IMG/VR virus record: IMGVR_UViG_2574179724_000001
Source of the DNA: a virus
Length of the DNA: 47,533 bases
Reading direction: 5' to 3' (one strand)
Shown here: piece after piece, positions 6,946-16,508 of the stretch
Numbering within the stretch: the stretch's first letter is position 1
How the letters are laid out: each line of letters begins with the position of its first letter
Position numbers and translations under genes: made by a program
The notes under the pieces: model-generated
What the model saw: the letters and a program-made list of their open reading frames with translations, nothing else
Database searches by the model: none
What the model was told of the DNA's origin: nothing

Positions 6946-8249
6946 AATTGTCAGTCAAAATTAATAAATTAGAAATCGAAAATGTTAAACGCGTTAAGGC
7001 AGTCAAAATTGAGCCTAGCCAAAATGGATTAACTATCGTAGGCGGAAATAATAACCAAGGGAAGTCAAGCGTACTTGATGCAATTGCTTGGGCATTGGGT
7101 GGAAATAAGTACAAACCGTCAAAGGCAGAACGCGAAGGGTCAGCAATCCCACCTAGATTACACATTGTGATGAATAACGGCTTAATCGTTGAACGTACTG
7201 GTAAGAATTCAAGCTTAAAAGTAATTGATCCGAATGGTGAAAAGGGTGGCCAACAATTACTAAACGATTTTGTTGAAGAGTTAGCTATCAACTTGCCAAA
7301 GTTTATGGAGTCAACGAATAAAGAAAAAGCAAAAATATTGCTGCGAATAATCGGTGTTGGTGACCAGTTGTATCAACTAGAACAGAAAGAACAGGAAATC
7401 TATAATCAACGCCACACTATTGGACAGATAGCTGACCAAAAAGGTAAGTACGCTAAAGAACAGCCTTATTTTCCAGACGCGCCAAAGCAGTTAGTTGATG
7501 TTAGCGAGTTAATCAAGCAGCAACAAACAATTTTGGCTAAGAATGGTGAAAATGCTCGAAAACGCCAGCAGGTTAAAGAAATTCAAGGACAATTTGAACT
7601 TGAAAATCAGCAAATTAAACAGCTTCAGGAACAACTAGCACAGCTACAAGCCAAACATGCTAAGACAGAAGCAGATTTACAAGTAGCTCAAAAAGATACA
7701 TCAATTCTGCATGATGAATCGACAGCAGAACTTGAAGCAAACTTATCTCATATTGACGAAATCAACCGCAAAGTTCGGGCTAATCTCGATAAAGATAAAG
7801 CCGAAGATGATGCAAAACAGTACGCTAATCAGTACGACAAACTAACCGAACAAATTAATCAAGTTAGAAAAGATAAAGCTGCATTGTTAAATAACGCAAA
7901 GCTACCTTTACCGGGGTTGTCCGTTGAAGATGGGGAACTAACTTACAACGGTCAAAAATGGGACAACATGAGCGGTTCGGACCAGCTAAAAGTGTCAACT
8001 GCGATTGTTCGTCAGCTGAAACCAGATTGCGGATTCATACTCTTAGATAAATTAGAACAGATGGACATGGTTACATTAACAGAATTTGGAAAGTGGCTTG
8101 AACAGGAAGGCCTTCAAGCAATTGCTACAAGAGTTTCGACTGGCAGAGAGTGTTCAATAATTATTGATGATGGTTATGTTAAAAGGCAAGAACAAACAAT
8201 TAAGCAGCCTAAACCAGAATCATCATGGGCTGGGAAAGGAGCATTTTAA
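6942..8249 (+). CDS. SMC/Rad50-like AAA ATPase (AAA_23 type) of the recombination/replication module
   Basis: N-terminal Walker A GGNNNQGKSSVLDAI, a long Q/E/K coiled coil, and a C-terminal ILLDKLEQMD Walker B-like motif. Confidence 0.75.
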   Translation: MKLSVKINKLEIENVKRVKAVKIEPSQNGLTIVGGNNNQGKSSVLDAIAWALGGNKYKPSKAEREGSAIPPRLHIVMNNGLIVERTGKNSSLKVIDPNGEKGGQQLLNDFVEELAINLPKFMESTNKEKAKILLRIIGVGDQLYQLEQKEQEIYNQRHTIGQIADQKGKYAKEQPYFPDAPKQLVDVSELIKQQQTILAKNGENARKRQQVKEIQGQFELENQQIKQLQEQLAQLQAKHAKTEADLQVAQKDTSILHDESTAELEANLSHIDEINRKVRANLDKDKAEDDAKQYANQYDKLTEQINQVRKDKAALLNNAKLPLPGLSVEDGELTYNGQKWDNMSGSDQLKVSTAIVRQLKPDCGFILLDKLEQMDMVTLTEFGKWLEQEGLQAIATRVSTGRECSIIIDDGYVKRQEQTIKQPKPESSWAGKGAF

Positions 8250-9308
8250 ATGAATATCACGAGTGGAATTGTACCCAAACCTCAAAAGTGTGTTTTGTAC
8301 GGAGTGGAAGGCATTGGTAAAACGACATTTGCCAGTCAATTCCCAGATCCATTATTTATAGACACAGAAGACTCAACTCTGTATCTGAATGTTAAACGTT
8401 TCGACAAACCCACCAGCTGGGAAATGCTGCTACAGCAAGTTGAATATGTTAAAACAAATCGTCCGTGTAAGACATTAGTAATCGATACGATGGATTGGGC
8501 CGAAGAATTATGCAAACAACATTTGATGCAAAAAAACGGTTGGAACGCAATTGACGCAACTGGATATGGAGCTAGATATGTTGCATTAGCCGGAGAAATT
8601 GGGGGTTTGCTTAATAAGCTGAGTGAAGTAATTGAAGTTGGAATCAATGTTGTAATCACTGCACATGCTTGGCTGCGAAAAAAAGAAGAACCTGACGAAA
8701 TGGGTGCTTATGATCGATACGAATTAAAGCTCGAAAAGAAAACAGCGCCACTCGTTAAGGAGTGGGCTGACATGGTATTGTTTGCTAATTACAAAACACT
8801 GATTATTACTGATGAAAAGACAAGCAGTAAAAAAGCACAGGGAGGTCAACGTGTAATGTATACAACACACCGACCAACATGGGATGCAAAAAATCGTTTA
8901 GGTCTACCAGATGAATTACCTTTTGATTATTCACAAATTGCGCAGGCATTTATGAAAGCAACTACTCCAGCCACATCAATCAGTGAGCCGGTTAAACCAG
9001 CAATTTCACAAGCTAAAGCTGCTGATCAAGAAGTAGGGCCAGTTCCACCAGAACAACTGGATCCAATTCCACAACCAGATCCAGCACCAGAATTTGCAGA
9101 AGATATTCCTGATGTAATTCCGCAAAGTGTTGCTGACTTGATGAAGATTAATCATGTGACTGTTAATGAAATTACTCAAACTATCTACAAAGGCGGATTC
9201 ATGCCAGCAGACACACCACTAAAAAATATTCCTGACGATTTGTGGAATTACTTAGCAACTAATTGGAATAACACTCTAGGATTTATCCAAAACACATTAA
9301 GAAAATAA
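8250..9308 (+). CDS. RecA-fold ATPase, AAA_24 / Sak4-like recombination protein
   Basis: VLYGVEGIGKTTFASQFPDPLFIDTE Walker A context, typical of AAA_24. Pro-rich linker and a C-terminal extension. Confidence 0.7.
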   Translation: MNITSGIVPKPQKCVLYGVEGIGKTTFASQFPDPLFIDTEDSTLYLNVKRFDKPTSWEMLLQQVEYVKTNRPCKTLVIDTMDWAEELCKQHLMQKNGWNAIDATGYGARYVALAGEIGGLLNKLSEVIEVGINVVITAHAWLRKKEEPDEMGAYDRYELKLEKKTAPLVKEWADMVLFANYKTLIITDEKTSSKKAQGGQRVMYTTHRPTWDAKNRLGLPDELPFDYSQIAQAFMKATTPATSISEPVKPAISQAKAADQEVGPVPPEQLDPIPQPDPAPEFAEDIPDVIPQSVADLMKINHVTVNEITQTIYKGGFMPADTPLKNIPDDLWNYLATNWNNTLGFIQNTLRK

Positions 9309-9328
9309 AAATTAGGAGGAATTGGTAA

Positions 9329-9904
9329 ATGAACAACAATGAAAATGAGTTTTTAAACTGGGATGAAGGCTGGGTAGCCGAAGAAAGTGAGTTTACATTA
9401 CTACCAGAAGGCAACTATCCATTTCAAGTGACAAATTTGGAACGCAAAATCTATTCTGGACAATCTGACAAAATTCCTAATGGTGCACCGTATGCAGAAG
9501 TGACATGCGAAGTTAATGGCGGTGAAAAAGGAAAAACGACTATTAAAGAACGGCTTTATTTGATGAAAAAATTCACCTGGAAATTAACACAATTTTTTAA
9601 TTCAATTGGGCAAGTTCAAGAAATTGGACAGCCATTTCAACCAAAGTGGAATCAAGTAATCGGCGCAAACGGCCGAGCAAAATTAGAAGTGAATAACTAC
9701 ACAGACAAAGACGGCAACAAAAAACAGAATAACCGCATTAAAGAATTTTTAAAACCTGCTGCTAATGCTGGTGTAGTCCAACAACAATCAAACTTCAATC
9801 AGCAAGCACCACAACAGCTAGCACAGCAACAACAGCAGCAATGGACCCAACCACAACAACCACAAGGGCAACAGCAAGGTGGATTTCAACCAGGAGCATT
9901 TTAA
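9329..9904 (+). CDS. DUF669-like protein with a Gln-rich tail (SSB-like accessory of Sak4 modules)
   Basis: Lies between the AAA_24 ATPase and the helicase, as in staphylococcal and lactobacillal phages. C-terminal QQ..QQQQQW..PQQPQGQQQ tail. Confidence 0.5.
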   Translation: MNNNENEFLNWDEGWVAEESEFTLLPEGNYPFQVTNLERKIYSGQSDKIPNGAPYAEVTCEVNGGEKGKTTIKERLYLMKKFTWKLTQFFNSIGQVQEIGQPFQPKWNQVIGANGRAKLEVNNYTDKDGNKKQNNRIKEFLKPAANAGVVQQQSNFNQQAPQQLAQQQQQQWTQPQQPQGQQQGGFQPGAF

Positions 9905-9910
9905 AAGGGA

Positions 9911-11515
9911 GTGAGAACAATCGAATTAAGACCGTATCAAGAAGAATCACGTGAAAAAGTTGAATCAGAATGGAAAAAAGGGCATAAAAAAACCTTGTTA
10001 GTTCTTCCAACGGGAACGGGTAAGACGATTGTATTCGCCAAAATTATTGAAGATTGTGTTAGAGCAGGTGAACGTGTACTTGTCTTAGCGCATCGAGGAG
10101 AATTACTAGAACAGGCTTCAGATAAATTAGCCAAAGCGACAGGCTTGAAAACTGCAACTGAAAAAGCTGAACAGACTAGCTTAGGCAGTTTTTATCGTGT
10201 AGTAGTCGGGTCCGTCCAAACACTGCAGAGGTCAAAACGACTTAAGCAATTTGCAACTGATTATTTTGACACAATTGTAGTTGATGAAGCACATCACTGT
10301 ATTTCAGACGGATATCAACGAGTATTGAATTACTTCAAAGATGCAAAAGTGTTAGGCGTAACTGCTACAGCAGATCGTGGCGACCAACGCAATCTTGGCG
10401 AGTATTTTCAAAGTCTGGCATATGAATACAGTTTGCCGGCAGCTATCAAAGATGGGTATTTAACGCCAATTAAAGCACTGACTATTCCACTAAAACTTGA
10501 TATTTCTGGAGTTAAACAGCAAGCCGGAGATTTCAGCACTAAAGAATTAGGTACTGCGTTAGATCCATACCTAGAGCAGATAGCAGACGAAATGGTTAAA
10601 AATTGTATGAATCGCAAGACAGTTGTGTTTTTACCGCTTGTCAAAACATCAAAAAAGTTCACTGAAATTTTAAATCAGCATGGATTTAAAGCAGCAGAAG
10701 TTAATGGTGAATCTGATGACAGAAAGCAAGTACTAGCTGATTTTGAGTCTGGGAAGTACAACGTTTTGTGTAATTCAATGTTGCTAACAGAAGGTTGGGA
10801 TTGTCCATCAGTTGACTGCATTATCGTTTTAAGGCCGACAAAGGTACGCGGTCTTTACAGTCAGATGGTTGGTCGTGGGACTCGCTTAGCACCAGGAAAA
10901 ACAGAATTATTACTACTTGATTTTCTATGGCACACTGAACGCTTAGACCTTTGCCACCCAGCACATTTGATTACCAAAAATGATGAAGTTGCTAAAAAAA
11001 TGACTGAAAACATTCAGGATTCTACTGCACCAATCGATATTGAGGAAGCCGAAAAGGAAGCTGCAGAAGATGTTGTTGCGGAACGTGAGGAATCGCTAGC
11101 TAAACAATTGGCTGAGATGAAACGTAGAAAACGTAAGCTAGTTGATCCATTACAGTTTGAAATGTCAATCCAAGACGAGGACCTTTCAAGTTATGTTCCA
11201 AGTTTCGGCTGGGAAATGGCTCCGCCAAGTGATAAGCAGAAAAAAGCACTCGAAAAAATGGGTATCATGCCAGATGAAATTGATAATGCCGGGAAAGCTG
11301 ATGTTTTATTAACCAGATTATCAATGAGACGTCAAGGCGGCTTAACAACGCCTAAGCAGATTCGATTTTTAGAGGGTCGAGGTTTCCAGCATGTTGGAAC
11401 TTGGCAGTTTGAAAGTGCTAGCAAGATGATTAACAGAATTGCAGCAAATGGTTGGCGCACACCTCAGGGCATTAAGCCAACCGAGTACAAGCCACAAGAA
11501 TTAATGACAGTATAA
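9911..11515 (+). CDS. SF2 DEAD/DEAH-box helicase
   Basis: LPTGTGKT (motif I), VVDEAHH (II), TATADR (III), QMVGRGTR (VI). Confidence 0.9.
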   Translation: MRTIELRPYQEESREKVESEWKKGHKKTLLVLPTGTGKTIVFAKIIEDCVRAGERVLVLAHRGELLEQASDKLAKATGLKTATEKAEQTSLGSFYRVVVGSVQTLQRSKRLKQFATDYFDTIVVDEAHHCISDGYQRVLNYFKDAKVLGVTATADRGDQRNLGEYFQSLAYEYSLPAAIKDGYLTPIKALTIPLKLDISGVKQQAGDFSTKELGTALDPYLEQIADEMVKNCMNRKTVVFLPLVKTSKKFTEILNQHGFKAAEVNGESDDRKQVLADFESGKYNVLCNSMLLTEGWDCPSVDCIIVLRPTKVRGLYSQMVGRGTRLAPGKTELLLLDFLWHTERLDLCHPAHLITKNDEVAKKMTENIQDSTAPIDIEEAEKEAAEDVVAEREESLAKQLAEMKRRKRKLVDPLQFEMSIQDEDLSSYVPSFGWEMAPPSDKQKKALEKMGIMPDEIDNAGKADVLLTRLSMRRQGGLTTPKQIRFLEGRGFQHVGTWQFESASKMINRIAANGWRTPQGIKPTEYKPQELMTV

Positions 11516-11560
11516 CCACAGTCTGGTGACATCAGCATGGTTCGATTCCATGCTGTGGCA
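11516..11560 (+). other. tRNA top-half mimic (acceptor-like stem plus canonical T-arm), not a full tRNA
   Basis: CCACAG (11516-21) pairs with CTGTGG (11553-58) and encloses CATGG-TTCGATT-CCATG (11536-52), a canonical T stem-loop. No D arm or anticodon arm can be drawn. Confidence 0.4.
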
Positions 11561-11602
11561 TAGTTTGGCCAAACTAAATATTCTTTTGAAAGAGTGACCG
11601 AA

Positions 11603-11896
11603 ATGAAACGGATCAAAAAAGGAAATCATTTAGTTAATGTTAAAGATGTCCATGGGATTCTCCATGAAAAAGCGGTAATTACAGAAATTTATAAAAGTAC
11701 AGTAGTGATTTTAGACTGCAACACGAAAACAAAATGGATTGTTCATAAAAAAACAATTGGAGTCAAGCCGGATAAACAGCCTAATTGGTTAAAGTCTAAA
11801 AATCACTTTGATTTAGAAGCTAGTCAAAAGAGAGGTAGTATGCCACACTTCGACGAAGCAAATCAGTCAGTGTTTAAGAAAAGGGTGTATTACTAA
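11603..11896 (+). CDS. Hypothetical protein
   Basis: 97-aa ORF on the early-gene strand. ATG 11603 follows an AAAGAG RBS. The stop overlaps the primase start. Confidence 0.55.
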   Translation: MKRIKKGNHLVNVKDVHGILHEKAVITEIYKSTVVILDCNTKTKWIVHKKTIGVKPDKQPNWLKSKNHFDLEASQKRGSMPHFDEANQSVFKKRVYY

Positions 11897-14139
11897 TGGA
11901 AAAGTTCAATTTATTGGACCCACTAGCTGCAATCAGTCCGTCAATGCTTAGCTACCAGGAGTGGTGCGATGTAGGAATGGCTTTAAAACATGAGGGCTAT
12001 TCAGTTGATGATTGGGATAGTTGGAGTCGAAGTGATCCAGGTCGATATCACGAAGGTGAATGTGAGCGCAAATGGAATACTTTCAAGGGTACTAATACGC
12101 CAGTAACGGGTGCGACAATCACACAGATGGCAAAAAATAACGGCTGGCAGCCACATGGAAGCAATCCAGATGGCAACGAGTTTATTGGCTGGAATGACAG
12201 TTTTGTGACCTCGATTGATAAAGATTACAAAATTATTGACCCTGATTATATAGGTGGTCGAGCGATACAAGAGCCGACTAATTGGAACCCAGCAGAACAG
12301 ATTATTAATTATTTAAAATCATTGTTCGATATGGGCGAAGTAATCAGATTCGTTAACGATGCTTGGTATGACGAAAACAATGATAAATGGAAGCCAGGCA
12401 ACGGTGTGTATACTCAGACAGCTGGGACTATTATCGAAAAACTGCAAAAGTCCAATGGAGATATTGGTGCAGTAATGGGTGACCCAGAGAAAAGAGCAGG
12501 TGCATGGATATGTGTTAATCCGTTGGATGGTAAAGGTACTAAAAACAATAATGTTACAGATTATCGTTTTGTTTTAGTTGAAAGTGATTCGATGGAATTA
12601 GAAAAGCAAAACGAATTATTACGAAAACTGGAATTACCAATTGCAACGTTGACTTATTCAGGCAGTCGCAGCTTACATGCGGTAGTTAAAGTTGATGCAG
12701 TCAACTTACCGCAATATCAGGAACGAGTAGATCACCTTTACAAGATTCTTGAAAAGAACGGTTTGCGAGTTGACAAGCAAAACAAGAACCCAGCAAGGCT
12801 TACTAGGCTACCAGGTTTTGAACGTGGGGAAAAGAAACAATTTTTAATCGCTACGAATCTTGGCCAAGAAAGTTGGGATGATTGGAAAGATTATATTGAG
12901 GACATGAACGACAATCTACCAGAAATGGAAAATATGTCTGATTTGTTCGATAAGCCGATCATCTTAGCACCAGAATTGATTAGTGGAGTTTTGCGGCAGG
13001 GGCACAAGATGCTAATTGCTGGACCTAGTAAGGCCGGAAAGTCATTCGCGTTAATTCAGTTAGCAATTGCCATAGCAGAGGGGTGGAAATGGTTCAACTT
13101 TCAGTGCCAACGTGGCCGAGTTTTATATGTCAACTTAGAGCTAGACGAGCGTTCAGCTAAAAAACGTTTTGTCGAAATCTACAATACGTTAGGTCGGGGT
13201 CATGATCACGTAGATAACATTGATGTTTGGAACTTACGTGGGAAAACCAGTCCAATGGATAAGTTAGCACCGAAACTGATTCGTAGAGCAGAAAAAGCAG
13301 AGTACAAAGCAGTCATCATTGACCCAATTTACAAAGTTTTAACAGGTGATGAAAACAATGCTCATGATATGTCATTGTTTGTTAATCAGTTTGATTTAAT
13401 CGCTACGGAATTAAAGTGTTCAGTCATCTATGCACATCATCATTCAAAGGGATCTCAGGGTGGAAAAGCTTCAATGGACCGCTCTTCTGGGTCTGGAGTG
13501 TTTGCTCGTGACCCGGATGCAATTTTGGATTTGATCGAATTGCCTGTTGATGAGCCGCGATATGATCAGCGCGAAAATGAAGCAATTTGTAGCGTGTATC
13601 AGTCAGCTATCAAGCACTTTAATTCGAATTATGAAATTCCGCTTGATGACACGTTTAGCCTGAAACAGATGTCACATCACTTATTAGCTGCATTAACTGG
13701 ATTGCCAAATTCAAAGCAGATTTTAAAGCAAATAAACGAACAAAAAAATGCAGCAGTTACTGCAATCCGTCAGGCAACCGCTTGGAGATTGTCCGGAACA
13801 CTGCGTGAGTTTCCAAAATTTGATCCAGTCAATGCATGGTTCCAATATCCAATTCACGTTTTGGACGACAGTTTGCAGGACATCAAAATCGATGATGATC
13901 AGAAAACGAAATGGAAAAAAGGAACACAAAAAGCCAATCAGTCCAAAAGCGAAAAATCACAACAGGAGCTTGAAGAAGCATTCAATATTTTGAGCATGGA
14001 TGGCGGAGCGATTGAAGTAAATAAAATTGCAGATTATCTAGAGGTGTCAAAAAGAGCTGTTTATAACAGGATCAAAAAGAGCAAAAAGTTTAGTGCAGAT
14101 GGTGGGATGATAGAAAAAATTAATAATAATGATAAATAA
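11896..14139 (+). CDS. DNA primase / replicative ATPase (PriCT-2 N-terminus, prim-pol core, RepA/AAA_25-type NTPase, C-terminal HTH)
   Basis: WCDVGMALKHEGYSVDDWDSWS (PriCT_2 pattern), Walker A AGPSKAGKSF, Walker B AVIIDPIYK, C-terminal IADYLEVSKRAVYNRIKK. Confidence 0.85.
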   Translation: MEKFNLLDPLAAISPSMLSYQEWCDVGMALKHEGYSVDDWDSWSRSDPGRYHEGECERKWNTFKGTNTPVTGATITQMAKNNGWQPHGSNPDGNEFIGWNDSFVTSIDKDYKIIDPDYIGGRAIQEPTNWNPAEQIINYLKSLFDMGEVIRFVNDAWYDENNDKWKPGNGVYTQTAGTIIEKLQKSNGDIGAVMGDPEKRAGAWICVNPLDGKGTKNNNVTDYRFVLVESDSMELEKQNELLRKLELPIATLTYSGSRSLHAVVKVDAVNLPQYQERVDHLYKILEKNGLRVDKQNKNPARLTRLPGFERGEKKQFLIATNLGQESWDDWKDYIEDMNDNLPEMENMSDLFDKPIILAPELISGVLRQGHKMLIAGPSKAGKSFALIQLAIAIAEGWKWFNFQCQRGRVLYVNLELDERSAKKRFVEIYNTLGRGHDHVDNIDVWNLRGKTSPMDKLAPKLIRRAEKAEYKAVIIDPIYKVLTGDENNAHDMSLFVNQFDLIATELKCSVIYAHHHSKGSQGGKASMDRSSGSGVFARDPDAILDLIELPVDEPRYDQRENEAICSVYQSAIKHFNSNYEIPLDDTFSLKQMSHHLLAALTGLPNSKQILKQINEQKNAAVTAIRQATAWRLSGTLREFPKFDPVNAWFQYPIHVLDDSLQDIKIDDDQKTKWKKGTQKANQSKSEKSQQELEEAFNILSMDGGAIEVNKIADYLEVSKRAVYNRIKKSKKFSADGGMIEKINNNDK

Positions 14140-14145
14140 AAAAGT

Positions 14146-14298
14146 GTCATAGCTATTAGCTATTCACTGGCTGTGACAACTTAGTTTGTTCGTGAAGGGC
14201 TATTTAGCTATTCACTAGCTGTGACAACCCAAAAAGCCTGTCACACCGCTGTCCGTCTGTCTTGTCATAGCTCTCCTCAGGAGAGTAGCTATGACAAC
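14146..14298. repeat. Iteron-like direct repeats plus a long imperfect palindrome (candidate ori or regulatory region)
   Basis: The 24-mer TAGCTATTCACTGGCTGTGACAAC (14157-80) is repeated at 14205-28 with one mismatch. Hairpin at 14263-96 (8-bp and 6-bp helices). GTGACAAC/ATGACAAC occurs three times. Non-coding gap after the primase. Confidence 0.55.
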
Positions 14299-14375
14299 AG
14301 ACTGAAACGGACAATGAAATAAAATGAAAAATTAAAACGTAATAGATAAAATTAATAAAGTAAAGAGTGGTGGAA

Positions 14376-14786
14376 ATGACAGAAAAAGTAATTCAGTTTT
14401 TTGTACCAATGAAAAAAATACCGACAGTCACGCATCAGGAAAAACAGGTGGCTGTTGTAAAAGGTAAGCCACATTTTTATGAGCCAGCAGAATTAAGAAA
14501 TACTCGTCAACTGTATATGGATATGTTTGGGCAATATGTTCCTGATCAAAAAATGCTTGGTAAGGTTCGGATGACAATTAAGTATTGTTTCCCGCTTCAA
14601 GGAAAACATGTTGATGGTGAGTACAAAGATACAAAGCCGGATTTGGACAACATGACTAAGCTAGTTCAAGACTGCCTGACTAAATTAGGATTTTGGAAAG
14701 ATGACAGATATGTGGTTAGCCTGATTGCAGAAAAGTTCTGGGCAAAGATTCCGGGAATATTTATCAGAATAGAGGAAGTGAGATGA
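14376..14786 (+). CDS. rusA: RusA-family Holliday junction resolvase
   Basis: KPDLDNMTKLVQDCLTKLGFWKDDRYV matches the RusA catalytic Asp motif region. ATG 14376 follows the RBS. Confidence 0.8.
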   Translation: MTEKVIQFFVPMKKIPTVTHQEKQVAVVKGKPHFYEPAELRNTRQLYMDMFGQYVPDQKMLGKVRMTIKYCFPLQGKHVDGEYKDTKPDLDNMTKLVQDCLTKLGFWKDDRYVVSLIAEKFWAKIPGIFIRIEEVR

Positions 14787-15235
14787 AAATATTAGACGTT
14801 TGTTGTGGCTCAAAAATGTTTTGGTACGAGAAACATGAACCGCACACAACATATATGGATATTCGAAAATATTACCATCACCTAGAATCTGGCCACGTAA
14901 TTGATGTTAACCCAGATATTCAAGCGGATTGGAAACATATCCCACTTGATGATGAAACTTTCGATTTGGTAGTTTTTGACCCGCCGCATCTAATTCATGC
15001 AGGCAAAACAAGTTGGCTTGCTGAAAAGTACGGAGTGCTACCTAAGGATTGGCAGCCTGAATTAAAAGCTGGTTTTGATGAATGCCGACGAGTATTAAAA
15101 CTTAATGGTGTGCTGATTTTTAAATGGAATGATGACCAAATCAAGTTTTCAGAAGTTCTAAAAGTTTTTGGTCAACGTCCTATTTTAGGAGACAAAAGGT
15201 CAAAAACAAAATGGTCAGTATTTTTAAAGGAGTGA
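14783..15235 (+). CDS. Small SAM-dependent methyltransferase, probable orphan DNA N6-adenine MTase
   Basis: ILDVCCGS (motif I-like) and VVFDPPH (motif IV (D/N)PP(Y/F/H)-like). No adjacent endonuclease gene. Confidence 0.6.
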   Translation: MKILDVCCGSKMFWYEKHEPHTTYMDIRKYYHHLESGHVIDVNPDIQADWKHIPLDDETFDLVVFDPPHLIHAGKTSWLAEKYGVLPKDWQPELKAGFDECRRVLKLNGVLIFKWNDDQIKFSEVLKVFGQRPILGDKRSKTKWSVFLKE

Positions 15236-15239
15236 TTGA

Positions 15240-15455
15240 ATGAATTGGGATAACGTGTTTATGGATATTAAAAAGTGGATGCAAGCTTCAAATCAAATAA
15301 TGCAAAAATATCCGATTTCATCAAATGAATACTGGCATTGGTTAGTGGGGTCACTTGGCCATTTAGAGCAAAAATATAATAGCCATCCTGTAGTAGTTGG
15401 GTTTTGTGTATCGCTGATGAATTATGAAGAATCGTACTGGAAAAAACAGAAATGA
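15240..15455 (+). CDS. Hypothetical protein
   Basis: 71 aa. AAAGGAG RBS. In the operon of small early genes. Confidence 0.55.
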   Translation: MNWDNVFMDIKKWMQASNQIMQKYPISSNEYWHWLVGSLGHLEQKYNSHPVVVGFCVSLMNYEESYWKKQK

Positions 15456-15475
15456 AAATGTTGGGAGGAATAAAA

Positions 15476-15697
15476 ATGATAATCACTGGTAAGGAATTTC
15501 GCACAAGATGCAGAAATAACACTTTTACCGGGAATATGTTTCCAAGAGAAAGTATTGAACGGGCTGTTCCGTCAGGCTGGGAAACTGCAGATACTCATGA
15601 AGCAGTGTACGGCTTTTCTTTTAAGGATAGTGACAGGATTGTTATTAACAATAGCTTGCTAAGAGCTGCTGGTTGGAAGAAAGAGGGAGAAATATAA
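15476..15697 (+). CDS. Hypothetical protein
   Basis: The GGGAGGAA RBS favours ATG 15476 over the ORF-track start at 15452. Confidence 0.55.
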   Translation: MIITGKEFRTRCRNNTFTGNMFPRESIERAVPSGWETADTHEAVYGFSFKDSDRIVINNSLLRAAGWKKEGEI

Positions 15698-15937
15698 ATG
15701 AAACTAGTAAAAATTAACACTGCTTGGCATATCTGTTTCATGAACCGAGCAGGCGAGTTGATGAGTGATTGTGGGGAAATTAAAGCTAGTCGACACGGTG
15801 GAGTGTTGAGGAACATTAACGGCAAGCGAGCAGATTTTGTTGAAGCAGGCTCTGATTCTAATTTTGTTAAAACGCACAGGCTATGTGAGAGATGCGAATA
15901 TCTAAAAAATAAGTGGGGTGTTGATGATGGAATATAA
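15698..15937 (+). CDS. Hypothetical protein
   Basis: 79 aa. GAGGGAG RBS. Contains a CERC pair. Confidence 0.55.
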   Translation: MKLVKINTAWHICFMNRAGELMSDCGEIKASRHGGVLRNINGKRADFVEAGSDSNFVKTHRLCERCEYLKNKWGVDDGI

Positions 15938-16508
15938 ACGTGGAGATAGGGTAGCTATCATCGGAACTATAACTCATTCAGAAGATGAATTTGGAAATTT
16001 AGGCATTGATTTACCAAATGGTGATTATCTACGACGCGCACTTAAAACAAACGAAGTCACTCATTTAGAAGATTTTCATCCTGACGAGAAGGAAATAAAA
16101 ATGACAGTTGACGAGAAAAGAGAGTTTGACGAATTAGTTAAGACAGTTTTCCACGACCATCAAAGCAACGTTTATAAGATAATTTGTACTTTAGTTGAAT
16201 CCAACAATTACCCAGCGTTGAATGTAAGAGTGGCTGGTTCATTTGAAAAGCAAATGGAGTTACTAGAATGTGTTCGTAAGCCAAGTAGGATTGAAGTTGA
16301 AGAGAAAAAATACTATGTGCATTTGCTGGAAAATAATCCATGTGGATATCTTAATTACTATAAGTCAATTAAAGAATATTGCATTGGCAGCAAAAGAGAA
16401 TTGGGGAGCGATTATAAAACAAAATTTACTAAGTCTGAGATAGAAAAAATGTGCTTTGACAACTTTAAGTTTACCAATAAAGCATTGGAGGAAGTTGAAG
16501 ATGAATGA
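15918..16508 (+). CDS. Hypothetical protein
   Basis: 196-aa ORF. The start is ambiguous (TTG 15918, ATG 15921 or 15924) after a GGGGTG RBS. Confidence 0.6.
   Translation: MLMMEYKRGDRVAIIGTITHSEDEFGNLGIDLPNGDYLRRALKTNEVTHLEDFHPDEKEIKMTVDEKREFDELVKTVFHDHQSNVYKIICTLVESNNYPALNVRVAGSFEKQMELLECVRKPSRIEVEEKKYYVHLLENNPCGYLNYYKSIKEYCIGSKRELGSDYKTKFTKSEIEKMCFDNFKFTNKALEEVEDE

Noticed and set aside
9795-10010. Minus-strand 71-aa ORF across the DUF669/helicase junction
   Set aside because: It is generated by the reverse complement of the CAA/CAG (Gln) repeat tract, which gives a Val/Ala/Leu-rich artefact.
11490-11560. Possible complete tRNA gene overlapping the helicase 3' end (GCCACAA ... T-arm ... 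CTGTGGCA)
   Set aside because: Only about 70 nt are available. No D arm with conserved GG can be drawn, and no 5-bp anticodon stem with a 7-nt loop. Only the T arm and an acceptor-like stem are convincing, so it is reported as a tRNA-like fragment instead.
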